Source: Eledone cirrhosa (lineage: Eukaryota). Taken from it: a DNA stretch of 64,000 nt. Within the stretch, counting starts at the first letter, position 1, and the number at the start of each line of letters is the position of its first letter. This document shows, piece after piece, positions 1 to 12,233 of the stretch. The stretch covers positions 301,382,001 to 301,446,000 of the forward strand of contig OZ024741.1 in the NCBI GenBank assembly GCA_964016885.1. Reading direction: 5' to 3'. A model generated the notes under the pieces. The model was not told the DNA's origin, searched no databases, and was given only the letters and a program-made list of their open reading frames with translations. Position numbers and translations under genes: made by a program.

Positions 1-2
1 CA

Positions 3-449
3 CCACCACCACAAGCACCAACATCGCAAACACAACAACAAAACACACACACCCAGCAACAACGACAAGAAAATAGCAGAACCACACCCCACCCCCAGAA
101 AAACAAATGCACGGCAATAAACACACACAACAAGAAACTAATGACTTACATAATTGAACACACAGACATTTCACAACAGGACTACATAATACCAGCACCA
201 ATCAAAACGCCAACTAACATAAGACTGCTAAAAATAGCACAGAAACAATACACAAACATTAAAACGAAATTCCCCAACGCAGTTGGTGATTTCAGGGACC
301 TAGGAGGAACCATCAATCGAAGAGTATATTCAGACATTCTCTTAGAAGAGCCGACGACCAGCCGAAGGGACGATTCAACGGTCCCTTCACCAGACGATCA
401 AGTGAAAAGGGATGTAAAAACCATCCCTCCTCTACCAAAAGTACGGTAA
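3..449 (+). CDS. C-terminal part of Tx1 ORF1 (partial)
   Basis: Frame of ORF 141..449 is open back to the window start (PPPQAPTSQTQQQ...) and stops 35 nt before the ORF2 ATG. Confidence 0.55.
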   Translation, partial: PPPQAPTSQTQQQNTHTQQQRQENSRTTPHPQKNKCTAINTHNKKLMTYIIEHTDISQQDYIIPAPIKTPTNIRLLKIAQKQYTNIKTKFPNAVGDFRDLGGTINRRVYSDILLEEPTTSRRDDSTVPSPDDQVKRDVKTIPPLPKVR

Positions 450-484
450 GTGGTCTTTCCCATCTTTTCCACTCTATTTTAAAC

Positions 485-3400
485 ATGACCTCACTCAGAA
501 TAGGCAGCATAAATGCGCGTGGCTTGGGGTCGTCATGGAAGCAGGGTCACCTGCTCAACGACCTCAGGTCACTAAACATAGATGTAGTGGCCATCAGCGA
601 GACCAGAATCTCCGAAGCACGGGCCTTCGCACCGATCTTCGGCGGCTACGATGTGTACGCATCTCCCAGCCGTCCTGGATCGGGTGGAGGAGTTGCTGTG
701 CTTTTTCGGAGAGGTTTGGATCTCGCCATACGGGCCATCTTCCTGGACCCAGAGGGTAAGCTGGTGGTGCTGGACGTGACCAGCGGAGACGGGCAAGCTT
801 TCAGGCTAGTGGCCGTCTATGCCCCGACAGGAGCAGGGCGGCCTGATTTCTTCCGGCGTTTGGAGATTTTTCTTGGAACGTCCCGCTCTTTAGTGTTAGT
901 GGGCGACTGGAACGGGATCTTAGATGCACGCTGGGACTGTGTGGGATTAGCGGATAGGGGTGGAGGGTGCAAGAGCCTCACCAACCTGCTCAGGCGTTTT
1001 GAACTGTCTGACAGGTACCGATTGGATTTCCCGAATGTGCCAATGTGGACTTGGACAAACCGCATAGGGTCATCCAGATCATATCTAGATAGAGTATTTT
1101 GTAGGGAAATAGATAGGTCTAGCATAGGCTGTCCACAATTCAAGATAGTCAGCTACACGGACCACAAATTCGTGACCTGTGTGCTTGACTTAGATAGGCT
1201 TCATAGACGAGGACCCGGCTACTGGAAGCTAAACGCGTCCTTACCAGCGCGCAAGGCCTACAGAGAGCGGTTTAGCGAACTAGTTAAGCGGGCGTTGACG
1301 GGGGCCATCGTCAACAACAAGTGGTGGTTTGCTCTGAAAAGAGCGATTAGAATAGAATCGATTAGGTTTAGTAAGGCTTTAGCAATAGAGAAAAATAGAG
1401 CAGAGGGAGAACTAGTTAGAAAATTAGACGAGGCGCTTAGCAAAGGCATTGCGACCGACGTGCTTGCGGCGAAATTGGCCCTTGACCAATTCTTCAATGC
1501 AAAGCACGAAGGCTGCGTTGTCAGAGCTAGGGTGCGTGCTCTCAGACACGAGGGGACGAAAGCCGTTCAATGGGCCCGAGTGGCGGAGGCGCGTCGTGGC
1601 AACAAAGCCACGATCCGGTCTTTGGTGGACCACGACGGGCGCATGCTACTCGATCCCGGGCAAATGTGTGAAGCTTTTCAGCGACACTTCGCTCAGCTGT
1701 TCGGGGGCAGCGGGGGGCCGGGTAGAGGGATGGACTTTAGTGTCTACCTCGACGGACTGCCGCGGCTCTCGGCCACTGAGGCGAAGTGTTGCGAAAAGCC
1801 GATAACAGCCGCTGAAGTACGGGAGGCAATGACTGGCTGCACAAGGGGTAAATCGCCTGGTTTGGATGGTCTGCCCTATGAACTTTACGTACAGATGCCA
1901 GACTTGTTCGGAGGCCTCTTGGCGGACGTCTACTGCAACTGGCAACAGAACGGGAGAATTCCCAGTTCTGTGAGCCGAGGAGCGGTGGCACTGCTGAGAA
2001 AGGATCCGAACAAGGGGGATAACATAGACAATTTCCGGCCCATAACTCTGCTAAACACAGAGTTTAAGATTTTGGCCAAGGTGCTAGCAAAGAGGTTGGC
2101 GCTTGTCGTTGGTGGTCTGGTGGGAGAGGCGCAGACATGCGCCATTCCCGACAGATCCATCCACGACAACCTCCACCTCATGCGATACATCGTAGAGAGG
2201 GTAGCTAGGGAACCTGGCACGGGTGGGTCCTTGATCAATTTAGATCAGTCGAAAGCTTTCGATAGGGTCGACCATCGTTACCTAGCGGCAGTCCTGAGGG
2301 CGGCTGGCTTTGGGCCCGTCTTCAGAGGCTGGATCGCTGCCATGCACAGCGACATCTGCTCTGTGGTGAGAGTGAACGGTCACCTGTCGGAACCGTTCAA
2401 CATCATGCGCTCGGTCCGCCAAGGATGTCCCCTCTCGTCCCTCTTGTACGTATTGACTCTCGAGCCATTACTGCACAAACTGGAGACGTTGAGGGGGGTC
2501 CCGCGCGAACTAGGATGCGGAAGATCCGTGTCAGCATATGCGGACGATGTCACCGTAGTGGTGTCGAACGCCAAACACATCGAGGCGATCGGCACTACAC
2601 TAAGAGAATACGAAGCGGTGACAGGAGCAATGATCAACCAGAAAAAGTCAGTGGGCCTGCAGCTCGGCACCTGGAGAGGCAGGTCCATGCCGTCCAACAG
2701 CGTCGTCGGGCGCTGGACGGACGGACCGGTTAAATTGCTAGGGGTCTGGTTCGGTCCGGACCTCCAGACGGACAAAAACTGGGACGAGGTGACGAGCAGG
2801 GTGGCTTCTCTCACCCAGAAATGGGCGGAGAGGAAGCTATCCCTGAAAGGTCGAGCGGAGGTGGCTAACGCGTACATCGCGTCTGTCATCTGCTACCGCC
2901 TAACCGTCGTACCTTGTCCTAAGCCTCGCCTGACTGCGCTGGAGCGTTTGCTCTTTCGCTTTTTGTGGAAGGGACGTGCTCCGATGGTCAGGCGGTCCAT
3001 CTGTTGTCAACACCCGCTACGTGGAGGGCTGGGCATGCCGTGGCTGATGATGCGCAGGCACGCGCTCAGGCTACGACATCTCCACCTCTTCCTCGACGGT
3101 GATCAGGTGTGGTCGCCGTTTGCTAGACGCGTTTTTCCCCAGCTCGTTTCCTTGACGGAGCTGCAGTCCTGGGTCAAGCGAAGACCGAGAGGGAGCGCCT
3201 GGAGACTGGAATGTCTTCAGGCGCTCACAGCCCTCGACCAATCGGGCAATGTGATCGGTGGAAACTCCACCTCGGCGTTCTATAGAGGATTAGTGGAGGG
3301 GAAGAGCGACGACGTACTTGGGGAAACTCTAGGCCTCGACGAAAATCAACTAGCCAATCTCTTCGGAAGAACTTTCGGGCCGGGGCCTATGGACAACTTC

Positions 3401-3712
3401 CAGAAATCTCTGGCCTGGCAGTGCTACCGAGGAGCCTTGCCAGTTCGGGATAAACTCTACAGGCATGGAGGTGCCGTCAGCCGGGCATGTCCGAGATGCG
3501 CGCAGGGCGACGAAACCGTCCTGCACGCACTCGTCCAGTGTCCGAAAATTGCTGACTTGTGGGTTTATGTCGAACACCTGCTGTCGCGTTTAGAACGGAT
3601 CCAGCTATCATCTGAGTCTATCGTGAGGATTGCCCCGCCCTCCTCCTTTAGCCGGGAAGGGCAGGCAGTTTTTATCTGTCTGGTGGCCATGGCGAAAGAG
3701 ATAGTATGGTAG
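485..3712 (+). CDS. Tx1 ORF2: APE endonuclease + reverse transcriptase + C-terminal zinc finger; one premature TAG at 3710-3712, frame continues to 3904
   Basis: SINARG, ISET, GDWN, YLDR, TDH (EN); KSPGLDG, RPITLLN, DQSKAFD, QGCPLS, YADD (RT); CPRC..ETVLHALVQC. Confidence 0.95.
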   Translation: MTSLRIGSINARGLGSSWKQGHLLNDLRSLNIDVVAISETRISEARAFAPIFGGYDVYASPSRPGSGGGVAVLFRRGLDLAIRAIFLDPEGKLVVLDVTSGDGQAFRLVAVYAPTGAGRPDFFRRLEIFLGTSRSLVLVGDWNGILDARWDCVGLADRGGGCKSLTNLLRRFELSDRYRLDFPNVPMWTWTNRIGSSRSYLDRVFCREIDRSSIGCPQFKIVSYTDHKFVTCVLDLDRLHRRGPGYWKLNASLPARKAYRERFSELVKRALTGAIVNNKWWFALKRAIRIESIRFSKALAIEKNRAEGELVRKLDEALSKGIATDVLAAKLALDQFFNAKHEGCVVRARVRALRHEGTKAVQWARVAEARRGNKATIRSLVDHDGRMLLDPGQMCEAFQRHFAQLFGGSGGPGRGMDFSVYLDGLPRLSATEAKCCEKPITAAEVREAMTGCTRGKSPGLDGLPYELYVQMPDLFGGLLADVYCNWQQNGRIPSSVSRGAVALLRKDPNKGDNIDNFRPITLLNTEFKILAKVLAKRLALVVGGLVGEAQTCAIPDRSIHDNLHLMRYIVERVAREPGTGGSLINLDQSKAFDRVDHRYLAAVLRAAGFGPVFRGWIAAMHSDICSVVRVNGHLSEPFNIMRSVRQGCPLSSLLYVLTLEPLLHKLETLRGVPRELGCGRSVSAYADDVTVVVSNAKHIEAIGTTLREYEAVTGAMINQKKSVGLQLGTWRGRSMPSNSVVGRWTDGPVKLLGVWFGPDLQTDKNWDEVTSRVASLTQKWAERKLSLKGRAEVANAYIASVICYRLTVVPCPKPRLTALERLLFRFLWKGRAPMVRRSICCQHPLRGGLGMPWLMMRRHALRLRHLHLFLDGDQVWSPFARRVFPQLVSLTELQSWVKRRPRGSAWRLECLQALTALDQSGNVIGGNSTSAFYRGLVEGKSDDVLGETLGLDENQLANLFGRTFGPGPMDNFQKSLAWQCYRGALPVRDKLYRHGGAVSRACPRCAQGDETVLHALVQCPKIADLWVYVEHLLSRLERIQLSSESIVRIAPPSSFSREGQAVFICLVAMAKEIVW

Positions 3713-4165
3713 ACACGTTTGAAAGGGCTGAAGACGAGCACTTACCTCTTCGGTGATGCTCTGATTGACTTTTTCAAATTTCATTTGAAAAGGAAAATCA
3801 GAGTAGAGAAGGAAGTGCTCTCTTCCCAGCATTTTGTTGAAAGATGGGTGAGAGAAGCAAGAATGGCCCGAGTGAATGGGCCGACTCTGAGTATATATCT
3901 GTAACCTAAAGGTGGAAAACTGGGAGAGGGCACTTGCCTTGGTGGTCAGGGTCATTGTGGCTTTTTACTGGGCTTTCTCCACAAATGTCCCTCCGAAGTC
4001 TCCCCCCTATTGGGGAATTTTTCATTGTTATTTTCATTGTTATTTTTGTTACATCCTCTGTTTTTGTTTTTTTTACACGCAGAAATGCCCATTTGTACCG
4101 TCCTGCATTGTCCTGCACTGTCCTTAATGTCTACTTTATGTAAACCCTTGTGGTTAATAAAGAAA

Positions 4166-4167
<2 letters not shown>

Positions 4168-4224
<57 letters not shown>
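4168..4224. repeat. (TTA)n microsatellite between the Tx1 3' end and the R4/Dong 3' end
   Basis: Direct reading. Confidence 0.95.
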
Positions 4225-4309
4225 GTTCTTTGACTCTCAGTCATTGATGTTAGTTAACTGGAAAGTTTGTTGAAATGAATATCAAGCAGCCTCAGATATT
4301 CAGGACGTA

Positions 4310-7300
4310 TCAGAGGGTGTTTGCTGTTCCCAGCAAGCATGCCTTTTGAAGCGTTCCAAAAAGCGTGGCGGGGCCAATTTTCTTTAACCATCCCTGGAAA
4401 CTTTTTGAGATAGTACCTAGTGCGCCTATGACAATCGGGACCACTTTGACTTCGTGGCAGTTCCAAAACCTTTTTAACTCCCACTTTAAGTCCTGGTATC
4501 GGTTAATTTTCTCCCTCTCCTTCTCTTGCACTCTCGTGTCGAATGGGCAGGTCACATCCACAATCAGGCACGATCTTTTTTCCTTGTCCAAAACCACCAG
4601 GTCAGGTCTATTGTGTTCCAGTTTCTTGTCCGTCTGTATCCTAAAATCCCACAGCACCTTCACCTGATCGTTTTCTATCACCGCCTCTGGCTTATGCTCA
4701 TACCACTTCTGAGAATATGGTAAATTGTTTACTTTGCGTAGGTGCCAGTGGTTCACTCTGCCCATCACATCATGTCTCCAGCCCTTATAGTGTGTCTGGG
4801 CTAGGTGTTTACACTCGGATACAATGTGAGCCACAGTCTCCTCTCTCTATCCACAGATCCTGAACAGTGGGTTAGCCTCCTCCTTGTAAATGTGGTGTTT
4901 CAACCACTTCGTTTTGAGGGCCTGCTCCTGCGCAGCCATTAACATTCCGTCTGTAGCCTTTTTAAGGTCTCCTCTTTTCAACCAGTTCCATGTCTGTGGA
5001 TCTCTAAATTCAGTTTTCTCAAAGAAAGTACTATGAAGGGATTTTTCCTGAAGGCTGCTTTTTCTCCTTGATGTTATTTCCTCCTTGGACATCCCCTGGC
5101 CTATTCTCCCCTCCTTCAGTACAGCTCTGAGCATTGGCTCCTTACTATCAGTCACGTATTTGTGTAGGTTGTTTTTCTCCATCTGAACACAGTCCTCTAT
5201 GCTGATAAGACCTCTTCCACCCTCAGATCTCCTAAAGTAGAGTCTATCGACATCACTCCTCTTGTGGAACATATTGTAGATAGTCAATAGCTTCCTAGTC
5301 TTCCTATCCATTTCTTTTTGTTCAGCAACATTCCATCTCAGAATTCCCGCACTGTACCTAATAATAGACACAGCTCGGGAATTTACTGCACTTATGGAAT
5401 TCCTGCTGTTCAGATGTGACTTTAATACGCTCCTTACTCTCCGAAGGTATTCAGTTCTCATCAATTCCTTCATTTTTTTGTTCTTGATGTCATCAGCCTC
5501 CAGAACGCCCAAATACTTGTATCCTACTTCAGAGTCAATTTCTTTTATCATCTCACCTGTTGGTACCTGGATTCCGTTGCTTCTGCTCATTTACCCCCCT
5601 TCATCACAAGGACTCCACATTTACTAATACCAAATTGCACACATATATAATTGCTGAAAATACGGACAGTGTCAACAAGCACATCCAACTCCTTCTCACT
5701 CTTCCCGAAGAGCTTAAGATCGTCCATGAAGAGGAGGTAATTGATGGTAAGCCCTCCCTTTCCCAACCTGTATCCTGCTCTCACTTTGCGCAGTACACTG
5801 GTCAGGGGCATCAGGGCAAGGACAAACAACAGAGGGGACAGACTATCTCCCTGGAAGAGACCTCTCTTGATCTTCACGCTTCCCAAGGATTCTCCAGTTG
5901 ATGTTAACTCTGTTTCCCAGGACTTCATACTTTTGCCCAACAACTGCCTGATGCTATCTGCCACCTTGAAGATCTCCAGGCTTTTGGTGATCCAAGAATG
6001 AGGCACCATGTCAAATGCCTTTTTGTAGTCTATCCATCCCATGGCAAGACCAGTGTGTCTCCTCTTGCAATTCCTCATTACCATCTTATCAATAAGTAAC
6101 TGGTCCTTTGTACCACGTGACTTCTTTCGGCATCCTTTCTGTTCGTCCGGTAACAAGTTGTTTGTGTGGAGGTGATGGTAGATTTCCTCAGACATAATGC
6201 TTGTCAACAGTTTCCACATTACGGACAGACATGTGATAGGTATATAGTTGGTAACATCATTACCCTTGATTCGGTCTTTCATTATCAGAACTGTGGTACC
6301 TTTTGTCAACCACTCTGGTACCTCACCTGACATCAAGCAGTCATTGAACATGGTTGTCAGTTTCGGGTGGAGGGATGTTATGTTTTTAATACAATACCCC
6401 TGCACACTATCTGGGCCAGGTGATATCCAGTTGGTTAGTTTTTTGGCCTGCCCCTTAAGAGTTTCAACTGTGATACTCAAATCAGTTTGTTGGTGTGCCT
6501 GTTCACTGATCTCCTTCTGTACTGTCTCAATCCACACTGCCTGGCCATTATGTTTAACATCCTGCTCCCATATTCCTCTGCAGAATGTTTTAGTTTGTTC
6601 CGCCTCAGGGATCAAGTCGTTGCCTCTTTCTTTCCCTTCAAGCTGTCCAAACAGCATCTTCTGGTTGTTGTCGAACATGCGGTTCTGACTATACTGGCTG
6701 ACTCTGTTCTCGTATCGCCTGATTTTTGCACTCTTTGCTACAATGCGTTGCTTCAGTTCCTCTATGATAATATTTAGCTTTTTCCTCCTAGTTTTGTACT
6801 TTATTTCCAGTCTATTTTTAGTGTCTATGTTTTTTAGTGTCCCATTCAGTAGGGACTCAAGCTTTCCAATGTCATTTCTCATTTCCCTGATTTGACCACT
6901 CAGTCATTTCTTCCACCAAGGCTCTGCTCTTTCTTTTCTGTTGTTTCCTCTCGCTTTTATACCAAGTAGTTTCCTCACCGTATTTGTGTTGCTTTGAGGA
7001 TATTGTTGCACTGGTGAAGGCTCCTCGCCTCAAGGTATGGGATGACTTTGTTTACCTTAGCTGTTGTTTCTTTTAACTTTTTCCTATCTACAAATCTTAG
7101 GTTCATAGGTCTGCCACTATCATTGTTCAATTCATCAACCACTAAGTTTAGGATATCTACCAAATCTTGTCCTAGCCCGTCAGCATTCATCTCCTCAGTG
7201 GCCGTATCTCTGTTCCAGGTATTATTTATTTCAGCATTCAGATCATTGTCTGTTTCGGGTGGTTCCTCCATTTTCTCGACTTCTTCACCTTCATTTCCCA

Positions 7301-7712
7301 CTGGCTCGTTTGCCTGGCATACTCCACCCTCCATCTCCAAGCTAATCTCTCTGCTCAGTTCCTACAGTTCCAGCTCGCTTATCCACCGATTAGTTCTTAT
7401 TACCCGAGCCTGCCCGGCCAGTTTTTGTTCATCTAATTTAAATGGACCAATCTCGTTCCAGATGTTATGCATCCTTTTCCTATAGCCTTTCTCCTTGGGG
7501 TTACTCTTCAGGTAACATTGCATAACAGTTCTATTCAATTCTTTTGTCCATTTGGTTCTGGTCCCTTTCCTTCTTCTTCCTCCGACACCAGCAGTATTTG
7601 GTTGACAGCCAGGTCCCTGCTGCTGAGCCAGGGAGCACCTGTTGGGTGAGAGTCTGTCACATGACATTCTAGTCTCCATTTCACCGTTATTCGAACTGTT
7701 TAGGTTCGACAT
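4310..7712 (-). pseudogene. Disrupted RT-RLE ORF of the R4/Dong element (pieces 7362-7712, 6975-7340, 5587-6882, 4847-5590, 4310-4834)
   Basis: DYKKAFD, FQGDSLSPL, LFMDDLK, GGRGL, HIVSEC, RHD, NRPDLVV..DVTCP..EKINRYQDL (PD-D/ExK endonuclease); stops and frameshifts. Confidence 0.9.
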
Positions 7713-8040
7713 TTAAACACTCTTATCGAGGATTGGCAAATGTATGGTTACATAACCACCGGTGAATTACTTGTCTCCGGCGGTTTCGTCACTCCACGTG
7801 ACTTTTGTGTGGCATTATCACGCTGTAGACGAACCTAAATAAACTAACAAACAAACAGGCAGAAAAAACCCCAAAAATGAATAAGCATAAGTTTCATTGT
7901 AATGTAGTGTTTGAATGTCTGACTTAGTTTTTCCCTTCCCTTCTCTGTCCGTCCGTTTGTTTTTCTATTTATTTTTATTTCCTTTACGTTTTTCGTTGTT
8001 GCTGTGCTGCTTTGATTTTTATTTTTTATTTTTTTTTATT

Positions 8041-9240
8041 TTGACCGGGTCATCAATTCAGTCTATTTATATATTTTGATGCCTTCCTCTTTTAGTGAGA
8101 ATTCTACAATGTAGCAGGGGCTAGCGGGAGAGAATAGCGGCGGTAGCGATAATGAGGCAGCGGCGGTGGCGATGTGGTCGTATTACTGTAGCGATGGTGT
8201 TGAAGATGGAGTAGAAATTTGAGTCGACTTGACCAGAGTTTTCATCGTGGTAGTGGTAGTGGTGGTGGTATTGGTGGTGAAATTATCGTTAGTCGCGTAT
8301 ATGCGTTGACATTTACCCATAATATTGGAATTAAACATTTTGTTAAAACTAAAGCTGGATTTTGATTATTGTTTTTTTTTATTTTTATTTTGATCGGGTC
8401 ATCAATTCAGTCTATTTATATATTTCGATGTTTTCCTCTTTTAGTGAGAATTCTACAATGTAGCAGGGTGTAGCGGGAGAGAATAGCGGCAGTAGTGATA
8501 TTGAGGCAGCTGCGGCGGTGGCGGTGCTGTGCTAGAAGCACCTAGCAGGAGGTAGTGGGAGAGAATAGCGGCGGTAGCGATAGTGAGGGAGCGGTGGTGG
8601 TGATGTGGTCGTATTACTGTAGTGATGGTGTTGAAGTTGGAGTAGAAATTTGAGGCGACTTGACCAGAGTTTTCATCGTGGTAGTAGTGGTGGTATTGGT
8701 GGTGAAATTATCTTTAGTGAAATTATCGTTAGTCGCGTATATGCGTTGACATTTAGCCATAATATTGGAATTAAACATTTTGTTAAAACTAAAACTGGAT
8801 TTTGATTTTTGTTTTGTTTTTTTTTTAATTTTGACCAGGTCATCAATTCAGTCTATTTATATATTTTGATGTTTTCCTCTTTTAGTGGGAATTCTACAAT
8901 GTAGCAGGGGGTAGCGGGAGAGAATAGCGGCGGTAGTGATATTGAGGCAGCGGCGGCGGTGGTGGTGGCGGTGCTGTCCTAGCAGCAACTAGCAGGAGGT
9001 AGTGGGAGAGAATAGCGGCGGTAGCGATAGTGAGGCAGCGGTGGTGGTGATGTGGTCGTATTACTGTAGTGATGGTGTTGAAGTTGGAGTAGAAATTTGA
9101 GTCGACTTGACCAGAGTTTTCATCGTGGTAGTGGTGGTGGTATTGGTGGTGAAATTATCTTTAGTGAAATTATCGTTAGTCGCGTATATCTGTTGACATA
9201 TTTCCATAATATTGGAATTAAACATTTTGTTAAAACTAAA
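8041..9240. repeat. Three tandem copies of a ~350-440 bp monomer
   Basis: Units start near 8041, 8390 and 8831 (..gtcatcaattcagtctatttatatat..) and end ..ttgttaaaactaaa. Confidence 0.9.
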
Positions 9241-9671
9241 ACTTGAGGCAATAGTAATAGTAATTATTATTATTATGCTGAGATTGGTGGTGGTGGTGGT
9301 GGTGGTGAAATTACCGTTATCGGGCTGTTGTGTTTAGTGTACACAGAGGGGTGATGGGGTAGGTGTTGTATCTAGTTTCTGATGTTGGTGAAATTGCTGT
9401 TATTTAGCTGTTCTATATAGTGTAGACAGAGGGGGTTTTCTTCCATTTATAACCATTTTATTTTTTGAATATAAAATGTATAATACAAAATTGAATATTT
9501 GAGCGATATAACAATATATTGTGGATCCGAATTTTTTGGCACTCAAGCTGGATGTTTTATGCAACATTTGTACTAAGAATTGTTATTTCACAATTGATTT
9601 AAATATGTTAAAAAATCAAAACTTACGGGAGCGATTTCTCGACCTATCCACCATGTGTGTCTTCTTCCCTA

Positions 9672-9709
<38 letters not shown>

Positions 9710-9711
9710 TA

Positions 9712-12197
9712 TATGTGCCGACAATAAACAGGATAAATTCGGATTTAAAACTTATAATAACCCTCCAAGTAACCCAACATTGCTACCCTTCGAAAACGAT
9801 GTCTTGGAACTCATACGGAGTATCAGATATCGGAATACGAGCAATTCCTTCCAGCAGGACCTGAAGAATAGAATTCGTTCTATAAAGGATTCTAATTCCG
9901 TGCCCGTCCACTCCGACAAAACTGGCAATCTATATCAAGTGGAGCGCAGTACTTACCATCAACTGCTACATAATACTGTTACTAAGGATTACCAGAAAAC
10001 TAATCGGAGTGTCATTAATGAGATCAACGATGCTGGGTTTAAAATCACCTCTAAACTCAACATGCAGGACCGGACTGAACCTCTGGACCCTATATCTCCC
10101 CATTTTACCCTGAAGGATCACAAACCCAATTTAGCCAACAACCCCAGCTAATTAACCCTACGAAGCCGATTTAGGTAGACTTAGTAAAAGTATTTTAGAT
10201 AGAATTATACCTGAAATTAGAAGCTGGCCCCTCTTGCACTGTGGAACAATTCTTTCGCGGTGATTCATTGCCATATCCAACAAGGAACATTGCCGTTTTA
10301 TCCAATTCGACATCAATAACTACTACTCCTCCCTCACTTTACCACTTCTTCTTAGAGCTATCAATTTCGCTAAAATGCTCACGGTGGTTAAGGATTTCGA
10401 AGCTGATGTCATCCTCAATGCCCGTATATCGGTGATTAATTTCGACGACTCTATTTGGATTAAAAAATCTAATAGTACCCCATTCGACGTGAGTATGGGC
10501 ACCAGCGATTCGGCGGAGGTTACTGATCTTATCAACCTTTTCCTTTTTTTCTCTATCAGGGAAGAATTCCCCAATGTGGCTGGTGGTTTGTACCGTGATG
10601 ATGGTCTTTTACCCATGAAAAAGTGCGGTCACTCGATACAGGTTGAGGCCAACCTCTCGGTCGTTAATTACCTCGACGTTACCCTCAATTTGTCGAATGG
10701 CTTGCACTACCCGTATAGAAAGCTGAATGATACGCTTAATTACAAAAGTAAGTATTCTAACCATCCTGCCAGCATAACCAAGAACCTGGTAAAAAACGTT
10801 TCTTTGAGGCTTTCCCGTCTATCTGCAAACGAGCATATTTTCACCGACCATTCCACATAGTACAATGAAGCTCTTGCTTGGAGTGGATTTGTCGATAAGG
10901 TAGCATATACTAAGTATGAACATAGACCAAGGAAAGATAGATCCCGACGCATTATATGGTATAACCCACCATATAATGTGGAGGTGGCCACACCATTAGC
11001 TAAGAAATTTCTCTCCCTTATTAAGAAGCATTTCCCCTCAGCACATAAATATAATAACATTTTTAATAGAAATTCCATTAAAATATCTTACTCTACGACT
11101 CCTAACCTTGAACATAACATCACTGCTTCAAATTTAGCTAAATTGCCCAGCTGTAGGAACACGTGCAGCCCTGTAGGTAGCACTAACTGTAATTGTAGGA
11201 ATCGGGTTGACAGCCCTCTATCCGGGAAATGCCTCTCCAATAACATTGTCTACAAATGTAAGGTCGAAACACCCACGTCCCGTAGAGCCTACATACGGTT
11301 AACCGCCAATAGATTCAAGCAGCGTCTTTGCATGCACATCCATTCTTTTCTCAACCATTTAAGAAGGAATATGACATCACTTTCAGCTTATATCTGGAAT
11401 CTAAAAGACAGCCACACCCAAAACAGGTTACACTGGGAGAACCTAGCTAAGGCTAGATTGTATAACGGAAATAAAAGACCATGCGATATTTACGCCGCCG
11501 AAGCCCTGGAAATATTCTACTCCAATGACCACATCTTAAACAAAAATCTGAGGCAATTTCTGCTTGTAAACATAAATTGCATAAAACCTTCCTGTATTAC
11601 AGTCCCACATTATACCCTAACGATAGTACGAACAATACGCGGATAATTAACGTCTTGCTGTGGTAGTTAAGTATATTTTGTTTATACCATTACTTATTTG
11701 TATAGGTAAGTATACTTTCTCGTACGTATATTTTCTTGTATTTGTTATAGGTGTATATATTATATGATATATACATGTGTGTATTTTGTGTTTGTGTGTG
11801 TATGCGTGTTTGTACGTATGTAAGGTGTGCATGTGTACTTTGTGTTTTGGTTGACGTACGTTTAGTGAACATATGTGTATTTACCTGTAGGTGTGTGTGT
11901 GCGTGCGTTATATACGAATTTGTGTATATTTATTTTTTTTTATGTGTATTTGGTGTATACATTCGTATGTGTGCGGGTACAGGTGTCGCGCGGATTTATG
12001 TATGTGTACGTGCTTGTATATGCATGCATGGCGGGTTTTTTCGCGTATGCATGTGTATGTACGTATATGAAAGCGTGTACGTATATATTTAATTATTGTT
12101 GATTTCAATAACTTGTGTCATTTTCGTTCTACTAATTTATTGACATTATTCTTAACTCTGAAGCGAAGAATCATTCGGTTTCCCAAATAGAATATTA
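9712..12197 (+). mobile_element. Penelope-like element family A (CxCx5C, Hydra-clade-like), 5'-truncated and decayed
   Basis: SDKTGN, FTLKDHK, FDVSMG, GLYRDDG, SNHP, YNPPY, CNCRNRVDSPLSGKC and GIY-YIG remnants; ends at (TA)n. Confidence 0.85.

Positions 12198-12229
<32 letters not shown>

Positions 12230-12233
<4 letters not shown>

Larger units (their letters stand above)
1..4166 (+). mobile_element. Tx1-clade (L1 superfamily) non-LTR retrotransposon, near intact, 5' part outside window
   Basis: ORF1 tail, then APE endonuclease-RT-zinc finger ORF2, then 3' UTR with AATAAA ending at a (TTA)n tract. Confidence 0.9.
4226..9670 (-). mobile_element. R4/Dong-like RLE non-LTR retrotransposon flanked by (TAA)n; membership of 7860-9670 as 5' UTR is inferred
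   Basis: RT and RLE fragments; (TAA)n tracts at both 4168-4224 and 9671-9710. Confidence 0.75.

Noticed and set aside
3710-3712. Possible programmed readthrough of the Tx1 ORF2 stop
   Set aside because: The second copy has TGG at this position (VWWTK), so it is a simple nonsense mutation
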